The position numbers and the translations under genes are program-made. From NCBI RefSeq assembly GCF_000012925.1, contig NC_007517.1, positions 3,420,001-3,452,000 of the forward strand: 32,000 bases of DNA, read 5' to 3'. This DNA is from Geobacter metallireducens GS-15 (GTDB lineage: Bacteria > Desulfobacterota > Desulfuromonadia > Geobacterales > Geobacteraceae). Each line of letters starts with the position of its first letter. Positions within the stretch are counted from its first letter, which is position 1. Of this stretch, positions 8,975-17,929 are shown one piece after another. Below the pieces are notes generated by a model. It was given only the letters and a program-made list of their open reading frames with translations. It had not been told where the DNA came from and searched no databases.

Positions 8975-9859
8975 ATGGAACAGGAGATAGCAGCCTTCAT
9001 CCGGCACCTGGAAACGGAGCGCAACGTCTCGCCCCACACCCTCGCCGCCTACCGCTCGGACCTGGCCCAGTTCCGGGAGTTCGTCCGGCAGGAAACGGGA
9101 GCGGCGGCGGAACCGGAAGGGGTTTCGCACCTCCTGATCCGGCGCTGGCTCGCGCTCCTGCACCGGGACCACACCAAAAGCTCCGTGGGGCGGAAGCTAG
9201 CGGCGGTGCGGGCCTTTTTCAAGCACTTGATCCGGACCGGGCGCCTCGTCAAGAATCCCGCCGAGCTCGTCTCCACCCCCAAGAAGGAAAAGAAGGTCCC
9301 CTATCACCTCTCCATCGACGAGGCGACCGCCCTGGTGGAAACCCCAAAGGAGCCGGACATCCTGAGCCTGCGGGACCGGGCCATCCTCGAAACCCTTTAC
9401 TCCTGCGGCGTCCGGGTGTCTGAACTGACCGGCCTGAACATAGGGGGGATCGACCTGGATGACGGCACCGCGCGGGTTCTCGGCAAGGGGGGAAAGGAGC
9501 GGATCGTGCCGGTGGGAAGCATCGCCCGCGCCGCCCTCTCCCACTACCTGACCGCCCGAAACCATCCCCCCCTCGACGCCCCCCTCTTCACCAATGCCCG
9601 GGGGGGACGCCTCACCCCCCGCAGTGTCCGGCGCGTGGTGGACAAGCATATCCTCCGGATCGCCGCCATGCGAAAGATTTCCCCCCACACCCTCCGGCAC
9701 ACCTTCGCCACCCACCTGCTGGAAGGGGGAGCCGACCTGCGAGCCATCCAGGAGCTTCTGGGGCACGCCTCCCTCTCCACGACCCAGAAGTACACCCATG
9801 TCGGCATCGACCGCCTCATGGAAGTCTACGACAAGGCCCACCCCAAGGCCCGGAAATAA
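8975..9859 (+). CDS. xerC: Tyrosine site-specific recombinase XerC/XerD family
   Basis: The 294-aa ORF has an N-terminal SAM-like core-binding domain (FIRHLETERNVSPHTLAAYRSDLAQF). Catalytic residues are visible in RDRAILETLYSCGVRVSEL, HTLRHTFATHLLEGGADLRAIQELLGHASLSTTQKYTHV. The XerC versus XerD choice is tentative. Confidence 0.85.
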   Translation: MEQEIAAFIRHLETERNVSPHTLAAYRSDLAQFREFVRQETGAAAEPEGVSHLLIRRWLALLHRDHTKSSVGRKLAAVRAFFKHLIRTGRLVKNPAELVSTPKKEKKVPYHLSIDEATALVETPKEPDILSLRDRAILETLYSCGVRVSELTGLNIGGIDLDDGTARVLGKGGKERIVPVGSIARAALSHYLTARNHPPLDAPLFTNARGGRLTPRSVRRVVDKHILRIAAMRKISPHTLRHTFATHLLEGGADLRAIQELLGHASLSTTQKYTHVGIDRLMEVYDKAHPKARK

Positions 9860-10236
9860 TTCCTTGTCATTTCATTAATTATCCCGTAGAGTGACCGACG
9901 ACTGATCAACGCTCAGGCGGAACCTGCCTTCAGGCACACCCACGAAGTACTCCCGCCATTTGCTTCATCGCTCACTAACCCCCTCTGCTTTCGGCAACGC
10001 CCCACGGCGCAGCAGCACTCACGGTTGGCGACGATGTATCATGCCAGTCATTCTGTGTTGCTGCCGTCCCCTTTCAGGGCATCAGGTTGCCCTGCGGCTC
10101 ACACGCGTACTCATTTCCGTCTTTTCCGGTAACGATCACGGCGCCCTTCGCGACGCGCGTGGCATGGTGCGTTGCATGCCCGCAATCCGTCCGGCTGTGC
10201 CCGTTGGCGTTTGGAAACGACCTAAGGAACCGATTC

Positions 10237-11595
10237 ATGACGTTTGCTGAACTGAACCTCCTCCCCCCCATTCTCAAGGCGGTCGCCGCCTGCGGCTACA
10301 CCGACCCGACCCCGATCCAGGCCCAGGCGATTCCCAGGGCACTGGAGGGCCGCGACCTTCTCGCCACGGCCCAGACCGGCACCGGCAAGACCGCAGCCTT
10401 TGTCCTTCCAGCCCTCCAGCGTCTGGCTCGGCCGGCCCAAAAGCCCGGTCGGGGACCCCGCGTCCTGGTCCTCACCCCCACCCGGGAACTGGCCCAACAG
10501 GTAACCGACGCGGTCCGCTCCTACGGTAAGTTCCTGCGGATACGCAGCGGCGCCATCCTTGGCGGCATGCCCTACCGGGAGCAGCTCCGGCTCCTCTCGG
10601 CGCCGGTGGACCTGATCGTGGCCACACCGGGGCGCCTCGTGGACCTGCTGGACCGGAGAAGCCTCGACCTCTCCCGCCTGGAGTTGCTGATTCTCGACGA
10701 GGCAGACCGGATGCTCGACATGGGTTTCAGCGATGATGTCGACCGGGTCGCCGCCGCCTCCCCCTCCGACCGCCAGACCCTCCTCTTCACCGCCACCATG
10801 GACGCCACCATGGCGCGCCTGGCGGGGCGGCTCCTGAACGAACCGGAGCGCATCGAGGTCGCGGGCACCAAGACGACCCATGAGCATATCGAGCAGCGCC
10901 TCCACGTGGCTGACGACCTCTCCCACAAGAACAGGCTGCTTCAGCATCTGATCACCGATGGCGATGTCCGGAAGGCGATCATCTTCTCCGCCACCAAGCG
11001 CGATGCCGAAAACATGGCTATCGAACTCAGGAGCCAGGGGCACTCCGCCGCGGCACTCCACGGCGACATGCCCCAGAGTGCACGCAACCGGACCATCGCC
11101 GCCATGAAGCAGGGGAGAATCCGGCTCCTGGTGGCTACTGACGTGGCAGCCCGGGGCCTCGACGTCTCCGGCATCAGCCATGTGATCAACTTCGACCTGC
11201 CTAAATTCGCCGAGGATTACGTCCATCGCATCGGCCGCACCGGCCGGGCAGGGGCATCGGGGATCGCCATCTCCTTCGCCTCCCTCAATGAGGTCAGCTA
11301 CCTGGCCCGGATCGAGCGCTACATCGGCCAAACCCTTCCCGAGCACCAGATTCCGGGTCTGGAGCCCCGCCGGCCCCTTCACCGTGTTTCTACCGGCAGG
11401 GGAAGCAGGCCGGGGAACTCCACCGGCGGTCCCCGGAAAAGTTACGGAAACCGCGACGCTGCCAAGACGGGCGGCAGGCCCGGCAACGCCAAGCGTTCCC
11501 CCTGGGGCAAGCACACCACTTCCAACGGTCCAGTCGTTGAATATCGCAGCTCCAAGGGACGCGAGGGGAGCGGCCAACCCCGCCGACAGTCCTGA
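10237..11595 (+). CDS. rhlE: DEAD-box ATP-dependent RNA helicase, RhlE-like, with an R/G/K-rich C-terminal tail
   Basis: The start is placed at ATG 10237 (MTFAELNLLPPILKAV, with AAGGAAC upstream). Visible motifs are PTPIQ, AQTGTGKTAAF, PTRELAQQ, ILDEADRM, FTAT and HRIGRTGRAG. The 50 codons upstream in the ORF track are non-homologous. Confidence 0.9.
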   Translation: MTFAELNLLPPILKAVAACGYTDPTPIQAQAIPRALEGRDLLATAQTGTGKTAAFVLPALQRLARPAQKPGRGPRVLVLTPTRELAQQVTDAVRSYGKFLRIRSGAILGGMPYREQLRLLSAPVDLIVATPGRLVDLLDRRSLDLSRLELLILDEADRMLDMGFSDDVDRVAAASPSDRQTLLFTATMDATMARLAGRLLNEPERIEVAGTKTTHEHIEQRLHVADDLSHKNRLLQHLITDGDVRKAIIFSATKRDAENMAIELRSQGHSAAALHGDMPQSARNRTIAAMKQGRIRLLVATDVAARGLDVSGISHVINFDLPKFAEDYVHRIGRTGRAGASGIAISFASLNEVSYLARIERYIGQTLPEHQIPGLEPRRPLHRVSTGRGSRPGNSTGGPRKSYGNRDAAKTGGRPGNAKRSPWGKHTTSNGPVVEYRSSKGREGSGQPRRQS

Positions 11596-11680
11596 TCGAG
11601 CAAAGCGTCATCTTCGGGGTCTCTCCCTTACCGGCGACGGACTTCCTTCAAGGCGTCCGTCGCTCCTCTCCGCAGACACG

Positions 11681-11716
11681 AAAAAAGCCCCGCCGGTTTC
11701 CCGGCGGGGCTTTTTT
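11681..11716. terminator. Bidirectional intrinsic terminator between convergent rhlE-like and CoA-transferase genes
   Basis: The stem GCCCCGCCGG (11687-11696) pairs with CCGGCGGGGC (11701-11710) across a TTTC loop. It is flanked by A6 and T6 runs. Confidence 0.85.
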
Positions 11717-11740
11717 CGTGTCTGGCACTGACTGTTGATC

Positions 11741-13336
11741 TTACTCGCAGAGGTCGATCTTCACGTCCCAGTTCTTGATCTTCATGGTGCCGTTCTGAGC
11801 CAGGTTGAGATGCATCTTGAAGGCGCGGTCCCACAGCTGCGGCTCGTGACCGACCTTCTTGGCGAGGCAGTCTTTGGTGGCTATTTCCAGGTACTCGCTG
11901 AGAATCGGCTTGTAATCCGGGTGTGCGCACTTTTCAATGATCCGCTTGGCCCGGTCCTTCGGCGCCATACCGCGGAGGTCGGCCAGACCCTGCTCGGTAA
12001 CGACGCAGTCAAGGTCGTGCTCGGTGTGGTCGATGTGGGAGCAGTGCGGCACCACGCAGGAGATACCGGTCGGGTCGGTCTTGGACGGCCGGCTCGACGG
12101 GGTGTGCATGATCTTCAGGAAGCCGTTGCGGAGGAAGTCGCCGGAACCGCCAAGGCCGTTGATCATCCGGGTACCGCCGACCAGCGTGGAGTTAGCGTGA
12201 GCATAGATGTCGATCTCGACCGGGGTGTTCATGGCGATGCACCCGAGGCGGCGGATCGGTTCCGGCGCGTTGGAGATGGAGAGGGGCCGGAGGGTGATCT
12301 TGTCGAAGTACTTATCCCAGTTCTCGAAGAAGCGGGGGAATCCCGGAGTCTCCGAGAGGGAAAGGGAGCAGGAGGAAGCGGCGTCCAGCTTGCCCGAGTC
12401 GAAGAGGTCAAGCATGGTGTCCTGAAGAACCTCGGTGTAAACAGTCAGGTTGGTGAACGGCCCCTTTGCCAGCCCACCGATAACGGCGTTGGCGATGGAA
12501 CCGACGCCCGACTGGAGCGGGAGGAGGTTCTTGGGGAGACGGCCCATCTTCACTTCGTGGCTGAAGAAGTCGATGATGTTGTTGGCAATGGCCTCGGAGG
12601 TGTCGTCCTGCTCGGAGAAGGCGCGCCCCTTGTCCCGGTGCTTGGACTCGACCACGGCGATGATCTTGCTCGGGTCGCACGGCACGTAGGTGGTGCCGAT
12701 CCGCTCGCCGGCATGGGTGATGCCGAGGATTTGGCGCTTCGGCGGATGGTTGCAGACAACGATGTCGTGCATCCCCTCGAAGGAGGGCTCGCCGGTGTTC
12801 ACCTCGACGATGATCTTGTCGCAGATCATGAGGATTTCGGGGATGACGCCACAGGAGGTTGTGGGGACCAGGCCGCCGTCCTCGGTGATGGCGGAGACTT
12901 CGATGATGGCGAGGTCAAGCTTGCCGGTTTCGCTGTCCTTGGTGTAGAAGCCGTAGCCAAGGTCCTGGGCGAAAAGAGAGAGGTGCTTGTCGCCCATCCG
13001 GATGCGGCCTTCGTTGATGCCGGCGGCGATGTTCTTGCCGGTCTGGTACGGCCAACGGCGGTCGATCATGTCGAGGGTGGCCCAACGGTCTTCGGTTTCG
13101 GCCCCGACGGAGGCGCCGATGAAGAGGTTGAACTTCATCTTGCCCTGGAGGTTGTTCTTCTCAACGTGGTCAGCCAGTGCGATGGGCACTGCCTTGGGAT
13201 AACCGGCCGGGGTAAAACCGGACCAGCCGAGGTTCATGCCCGGCTTGAAAAACTGGACAGTTTGCTCGGGGGTCATGACCTTACTGAGCAGTGACTTGCA
13301 ACGTACGCGGTCTTGCAGTGTGCCGTACTCTGACAT
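11741..13336 (-). CDS. Acetyl-CoA hydrolase/transferase family protein (succinyl-CoA:acetate CoA-transferase type)
   Basis: The 531-aa ORF shows family hallmarks at both ends (GWSGFTPAGYPKAVP..., GGSGDFLRN, EHDLDCVVTEQGLADLRG). It is one continuous high-coding-bias ORF. Confidence 0.85.
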   Translation of the reverse strand: MSEYGTLQDRVRCKSLLSKVMTPEQTVQFFKPGMNLGWSGFTPAGYPKAVPIALADHVEKNNLQGKMKFNLFIGASVGAETEDRWATLDMIDRRWPYQTGKNIAAGINEGRIRMGDKHLSLFAQDLGYGFYTKDSETGKLDLAIIEVSAITEDGGLVPTTSCGVIPEILMICDKIIVEVNTGEPSFEGMHDIVVCNHPPKRQILGITHAGERIGTTYVPCDPSKIIAVVESKHRDKGRAFSEQDDTSEAIANNIIDFFSHEVKMGRLPKNLLPLQSGVGSIANAVIGGLAKGPFTNLTVYTEVLQDTMLDLFDSGKLDAASSCSLSLSETPGFPRFFENWDKYFDKITLRPLSISNAPEPIRRLGCIAMNTPVEIDIYAHANSTLVGGTRMINGLGGSGDFLRNGFLKIMHTPSSRPSKTDPTGISCVVPHCSHIDHTEHDLDCVVTEQGLADLRGMAPKDRAKRIIEKCAHPDYKPILSEYLEIATKDCLAKKVGHEPQLWDRAFKMHLNLAQNGTMKIKNWDVKIDLCE

Positions 13337-13595
13337 CTCTTACCTCCGTTTTGTGATGGTGATTACAAGCAAAGCCTGTAAACGCTGGTACAAAAGTTGA
13401 CACTACCCAAACACCTGAAACGAAAAATCCGTCAAATTCGCGATAGCGTTTACCTAAAATTAGAACCGGATTTTACTTGCGCACCATTCTTTAGTCAAGC
13501 TAAAAAATTATTAACTATTCATGGAGTAGCGCGGGTGATGCGGCATACTGCATACACTTTCAGACATCTGCACAATAGGAAAAGAAAGAGTGATG

Positions 13596-14269
13596 TCACG
13601 ACGACACCTTGCGGTCCAGGCTGCGGTATTGGATCGCCTCGGAGACATGCTGCTCCCTGACCGCATCGCTCCCATCCAGGTCAGCGATGGTGCGGGCCAC
13701 TTTGAGGATGCGGCTGTAGGAGCGGGCCGAAAGGCCGAGCCGATCAGTGACCAGCTCCAGCATCCGACTGCCGGCCGCGTCCGGCTCACAGAACTTCTTT
13801 ATGAAACGGGGTGTCATCTGGGCGTTGCTGTGAACTTTGGAGCCCCGGAAACGATCCCGCTGGACCTCCCGGGCACGCTCCACGCGACTGCCGATGGCCC
13901 GGGAGCTTTCACCCTCGCTGCGGTCGGCCAGATCGCGGTACTTGACGGCGGGAACCTCGATGTGGATATCGATCCGGTCCAGAAGCGGCCCGGAGATGCG
14001 GGACCGGTAGCGCTGGACCATGACCGGCGTGCAGGAGCAGGGGTGGAGGGGATCTCCCAGATAGCCGCAGGGGCAGGGGTTCATGGCCGCCACGAGCATG
14101 AAGCGCGACGGATAGGTAAGGGACATGAGAGAGCGGGAGATGGAGACGCGACCGTCCTCCAGAGGTTGGCGGAGAACCTCCAGGACATGTTTCTTGAACT
14201 CCGGTAATTCATCGAGGAAAAGAACACCATGGTTCGCCATGGAGACCTCACCGGGGCGGGGTGTGTTCC
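13596..14269 (-). pseudogene. comM: 3' fragment of comM/yifB (Mg-chelatase-like AAA+ protein), truncated by the Tn7-like insertion
   Basis: Homology starts abruptly at ..[24 protein letters not shown] (Walker B/sensor region). It continues through PCPCGYLGD...C.C (zinc motif), [16 protein letters not shown] and [33 protein letters not shown]. The N-terminal Lon-like domain and Walker A are absent. The first ~10 codons of the ORF ([10 protein letters not shown]) are encoded by the transposon end. Confidence 0.85.
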
Positions 14270-14460
14270 TGTCATTTTTAATAGTTCGTGCTACCAATTC
14301 CCACCTGCTCCCGAAGTCGCTTTTACGCGTCGAATATAGCCATTTATGCTAAATTGTCAACATAGATTAATTGTTTCAAATTTTAAAAGTTAATGCTACT
14401 CTTTGCATAGTTAGTGCTACAAAATCGCAATTTTCAATAGATAGCGCTACAAAATTGCAG
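14270..14460 (+). repeat. Tn7-like transposon end with five putative TnsB-binding repeats
   Basis: The terminus reads TGTCATTTTTA. The repeats follow the consensus ATAGnnnGTGCTACAAAATnGCA at 14281-14302, 14336-14359, 14388-14407, 14407-14429 and 14437-14459, all in the same orientation and just upstream of tnsA. The boundary is uncertain by about 8 bp because alternative TGTs occur at 14262 and 14264. Confidence 0.75.
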
Positions 14461-14468
14461 AGGGGCGC

Positions 14469-15128
14469 ATGCCAGTCCGCAAGATCCCCAAGACATACCG
14501 CTCCATCTCCGGCAGGTTCCCGAGCGCCATCAACGGACGCTGCATCGGCTACGAATCCAAACTTGAGCGGGACTACTATCTCCGCCTTGAGTTCGATCAG
14601 ACCATCGCAAGCTACGAGGAGCAGCCAATCAGACTTTCCGGCTCGGTTGATGGCAAGGAGGTGTCCTACACACCAGACTGCCTGGTCAAATTCCTCGACG
14701 GCAAACCGCCACGAATCGTTGAAGTCAAATCCCAGGAAGAATTAGACAAGAAAGCCGAAGACCTCGAGCGAAGGTTCTCTCTTGCGAGAAACCACGTCGA
14801 GGGACAAGGTGGCGAATTTGTCATCATAAATGAAAAGGATATCTATGATGACGCCCTTGCCAACTATCGCCTCATCTACCGCTTCGTCAAGCCTCCCCCT
14901 AATATCGAAACGAAACGAAAGCTAATCATTGGAATACTGGAGCACGCCGGGCCCCTGCCTCTCAGAGATCTTCTAAAGTCCCTTGGAGAGGACCGCATAG
15001 CCCAAGCCCATTTCACCCGTGCAATCTGGCACATGTTGTACACACGTGAAATTGAGGCCGATCTGAGCAAGCCAATAAGTCATAGCACCATATTGAGGAT
15101 CTCAAATGGCACAGAGAATCTCTCTTAA
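14469..15128 (+). CDS. tnsA: TnsA-like transposition endonuclease
   Basis: The 219-aa ORF shows a restriction-endonuclease-like E/D/K pattern (YESKLERDYYLRLEFD ... YTPDCLV ... IVEVKSQEEL) followed by a C-terminal winged-helix-like region. It is the first gene inside the transposon end. Confidence 0.85.
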   Translation: MPVRKIPKTYRSISGRFPSAINGRCIGYESKLERDYYLRLEFDQTIASYEEQPIRLSGSVDGKEVSYTPDCLVKFLDGKPPRIVEVKSQEELDKKAEDLERRFSLARNHVEGQGGEFVIINEKDIYDDALANYRLIYRFVKPPPNIETKRKLIIGILEHAGPLPLRDLLKSLGEDRIAQAHFTRAIWHMLYTREIEADLSKPISHSTILRISNGTENLS

Positions 15129-17016
15129 GGCCGGAAGCATCGTCTACTGCGGGAACGTGGAATACGAGGTCATTGGCCCCGTAGACTTCAACTCCATCAA
15201 GGCGCGCAATGTCATCGACGGAGCAATTCGAGTCCTGACATTGGGCGAGCTATCGGCACGAAGTACAGATGAAGAGAAGGTCCCTGCTGCGCCACTCAAC
15301 TGCCTTTCCGAAGAAGAGCAGAAGATCGCCTTGCAGCGGTTCGAGATCATCAAACCCGCCGTGAGGAATCAACTCTCACGCAAGAAAATCGAAGAGCTTG
15401 CCGCGCAGAATGGAGTTCATTTCACGACTATCTACCGGATGCTTCGGGAATACGGAAAATCGGCAACGCCTTCTTCCCTGCTACCGAAGACGCATTGCCG
15501 TGGCGGCAAGGGACAACATCGAATAGACCAGGCTGTGGAGGATATCATACGGCAGCATTTCAACGCCATAGCAGAAGCGAAACTGGTCGACATCACAAAG
15601 GTCTCCATACAGTCTCTCCAAACAGCCATCCAGAACAAATGCAAGATTGCGGGATTGAAGGCGCCAACGTGGGTCACCGTCGCCGAGCGGCTAGAGACAT
15701 ACCTAAAAGAGCAGAATATCCCAAGACAGAGGGGCCGCAGGAAAAGACGCCAACGCCTCACTGCGGGAGGTACATTCCCAGATGCGAAATGGCCTCTTGA
15801 CGTGGTGCAGATAGACCATACGCCACTCGACCTAATATTGGTTGACGATAAGGACCGCGAGCCCATTGGCAAGCCATATGTTTCTCTAGCCATTGACGTT
15901 TATAGCCGGATGGTATTGGGTTTCAGCCTATCATTCGATGCGCCGAGCATTTTTTCGGTCGGCCAATTGATTGCCCACTGTATCCTTCCTAAAGACCATT
16001 TCCTAGAAAGCGTAGGTGTCAATGCGAGGTGGGATGCATTCGGTATCATGCGGACCTTGCTACTTGATAACGCCGGGGAATTTCGCAGTGAAGACTTCGT
16101 TCCGTTTGAGGAAGAATATTGGGTGGAGATCAGTTGGCGCCCTGTTGGTAAGCCTGAATACGGAGGGCACATCGAGCGGTATGCCAAGACCCTTAACGGT
16201 AAAATCCATGACGAACCCGGCAGCACGTTTTCGGGCATCAATGATCGCGGCGACTACCCTTCTGAAGAAAAAGCCGTCTACACCATTGATGAGATAGAGA
16301 GATGGCTCACCGTACTCATCGCAAAGGAATACAACGAGGAAAAGCATTCAGAGTTGGGCATTTCACCACGTAAGAAATACGAGCTCGGCATTTTCGGGGA
16401 CGACAAGACCGTAGGAATCGGGCTCCCAGACATAGTCGAAGACCAGGAACGGCTCAAAATTTTTCTTCTTCCGACGTTTTGGCGCACAATACAACGCGAG
16501 GGGGTAAAACTCGACAAGATCAAATATTTTCACGATATCTTGAGGCACTGGGTCGGCAAAACGGACGAAAACGGCAACGCTCGCAAGTTTCTGTTCAAAC
16601 GCGATCCGAGGAAGATAAGCCCCCTCTATTTTTTCGACCCCGACCGAAAGGAATTTTTCAAACTTCCATACAAGGACCTCACCCGGCCCCCGATGACCAT
16701 CTGGGAACTTCAGGGTTCCAAAAAGCGCTGCAAGGAAAAGGGGATCGACGATCCAGGCGAACAGCAGATTTTCGAAGCCTATGCTGAGCGGATGAAGATC
16801 CGGGAAGAGGCGGTCGCGAAGACCAAGCAGGCCCGGCGGGAGCGGGAGACCGAGAGGCGACGGGGCAAGAACAAGCCTATTGATCAGACAGACCGTAGCA
16901 ACGCCTTCGCAAGAACCGATGAACAGTCCGCTCCATTGGATGACATCGCGAGCATTTATGATGACGCATCGCTGCTGGATGGCGTGATCGTGAAGAAAAC
17001 TTCGGGGGAAGAGTAA
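15106..17016 (+). CDS. tnsB: TnsB-like DDE transposase (Mu/retroviral-integrase superfamily)
   Basis: The 636-aa ORF overlaps tnsA by 23 nt. It has an N-terminal HTH (GVHFTTIYRMLREY). The DDE candidates lie in VVQIDHTPLDLILVD, LLLDNAGEFRSEDF and YGGHIERYAKTLN. The C-terminal tail is basic. Confidence 0.9.
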   Translation: MAQRISLKAGSIVYCGNVEYEVIGPVDFNSIKARNVIDGAIRVLTLGELSARSTDEEKVPAAPLNCLSEEEQKIALQRFEIIKPAVRNQLSRKKIEELAAQNGVHFTTIYRMLREYGKSATPSSLLPKTHCRGGKGQHRIDQAVEDIIRQHFNAIAEAKLVDITKVSIQSLQTAIQNKCKIAGLKAPTWVTVAERLETYLKEQNIPRQRGRRKRRQRLTAGGTFPDAKWPLDVVQIDHTPLDLILVDDKDREPIGKPYVSLAIDVYSRMVLGFSLSFDAPSIFSVGQLIAHCILPKDHFLESVGVNARWDAFGIMRTLLLDNAGEFRSEDFVPFEEEYWVEISWRPVGKPEYGGHIERYAKTLNGKIHDEPGSTFSGINDRGDYPSEEKAVYTIDEIERWLTVLIAKEYNEEKHSELGISPRKKYELGIFGDDKTVGIGLPDIVEDQERLKIFLLPTFWRTIQREGVKLDKIKYFHDILRHWVGKTDENGNARKFLFKRDPRKISPLYFFDPDRKEFFKLPYKDLTRPPMTIWELQGSKKRCKEKGIDDPGEQQIFEAYAERMKIREEAVAKTKQARRERETERRRGKNKPIDQTDRSNAFARTDEQSAPLDDIASIYDDASLLDGVIVKKTSGEE

Positions 17017-17017
17017 C

Positions 17018-17929
17018 GTGACGATAGATGACAAGCATGTCGCCAGACTGCTCCCCGATGCCAGGGAAATGATTGGCAGGAGCCTCGAAGAAAGGATCCA
17101 TTACATCCATCAGGATCGCTGGCTCCCCTATCCCCAGGCAGACCGTCTCCTTTCGAAATTCGAGATGCTGTTGAAGATGCCGCGGAAGATCAGACCGCCC
17201 AGCCTTCTCATCGTCGGCGATTCCCATTGCGGCAAGAGCACCTTGGTGCGGCGATTCAAGGACGCTCACCCACCCACCGACGGGCTTTACGAGTCGGCCT
17301 GCCCAGTCTTTTACCTCGAATCCTGTCCCCCTGAGCCGGATGAAGGCAGGCTCTATGACGAGATACTTACGACTCTCAAGGTCCCATTCCGTTACAACGA
17401 CAGGCCAGACAAGAAGTTGAGCGAGGTTATCTACCAGTTCGAGCAGATTCAGGTCCAGATGATCATTCTGGACGAAATCGGCCATGCATTGAGCGGGTCA
17501 GTTCTCAAGCAGCGGGTCCTTCTGAATGCGCTTAAGGCGCTCCATAACAAGATGCACGTCCCCATCGTCCTGGTCGGCACGATGGAGGCCCTGTACGCAA
17601 CGAGCAGTGACGAGCAGTTTGCCAGCAGGTTCAAGGCAGAACACCTTCCGCGGTGGGAATACGGCAACGAGTTCCAGAGGTTCCTCGCACGGCTCGAGCT
17701 GACCCTTCCGTTGAGCATGGCGTCTCTGCTCGCTGCTCCCGAATTGTCAAAACTGGTCTTCGAGCGGACAGAAAGCGGATGTATCGGCGATTTTGTGGAC
17801 TTGATCAATGAGGCAACCATTATGGCGATCAATGGCGGGAAGGAGCAGATTACTGCAGAAGAAATCAAAGGCTGCGACTTCACCCCGTCGTCAAAGAGAC
17901 AACCGCCGGCGGAACGAGGCCTCAAGTGA
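17018..17929 (+). CDS. tnsC: TnsC/TniB-like AAA+ transposition regulator (short form)
   Basis: The 303-aa ORF starts at a GTG 1 nt after the tnsB stop. It shows Walker A LLIVGDSHCGKSTL and Walker B MIILDEIGH. Its size and layout resemble TniB of Tn5053/Tn6022-type elements rather than the 555-aa Tn7 TnsC. Confidence 0.85.
   Translation: MTIDDKHVARLLPDAREMIGRSLEERIHYIHQDRWLPYPQADRLLSKFEMLLKMPRKIRPPSLLIVGDSHCGKSTLVRRFKDAHPPTDGLYESACPVFYLESCPPEPDEGRLYDEILTTLKVPFRYNDRPDKKLSEVIYQFEQIQVQMIILDEIGHALSGSVLKQRVLLNALKALHNKMHVPIVLVGTMEALYATSSDEQFASRFKAEHLPRWEYGNEFQRFLARLELTLPLSMASLLAAPELSKLVFERTESGCIGDFVDLINEATIMAINGGKEQITAEEIKGCDFTPSSKRQPPAERGLK

Noticed and set aside
8809-9423. A 204-aa plus-strand ORF overlapping the xerC 5' region.
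   Set aside because: It is out of frame with the well-supported xerC CDS, and its translation is a Gly/Pro/Arg-rich artefact.
9960-10250. A 96-aa ORF in the 377-bp xerC-rhlE intergenic region, and the upstream extension of the rhlE ORF from 10087.
   Set aside because: Neither has an RBS or family similarity, and both show Cys/Arg/Pro-rich atypical composition. The region is more likely a long 5' UTR or promoter of the helicase gene, although I could not show structure.
13397-13660. An 87-aa plus-strand ORF between the CoA-transferase gene and comM.
   Set aside because: It spans a promoter-like AT-rich intergenic region and runs antisense into the comM 3' end. It has no RBS or recognisable features.
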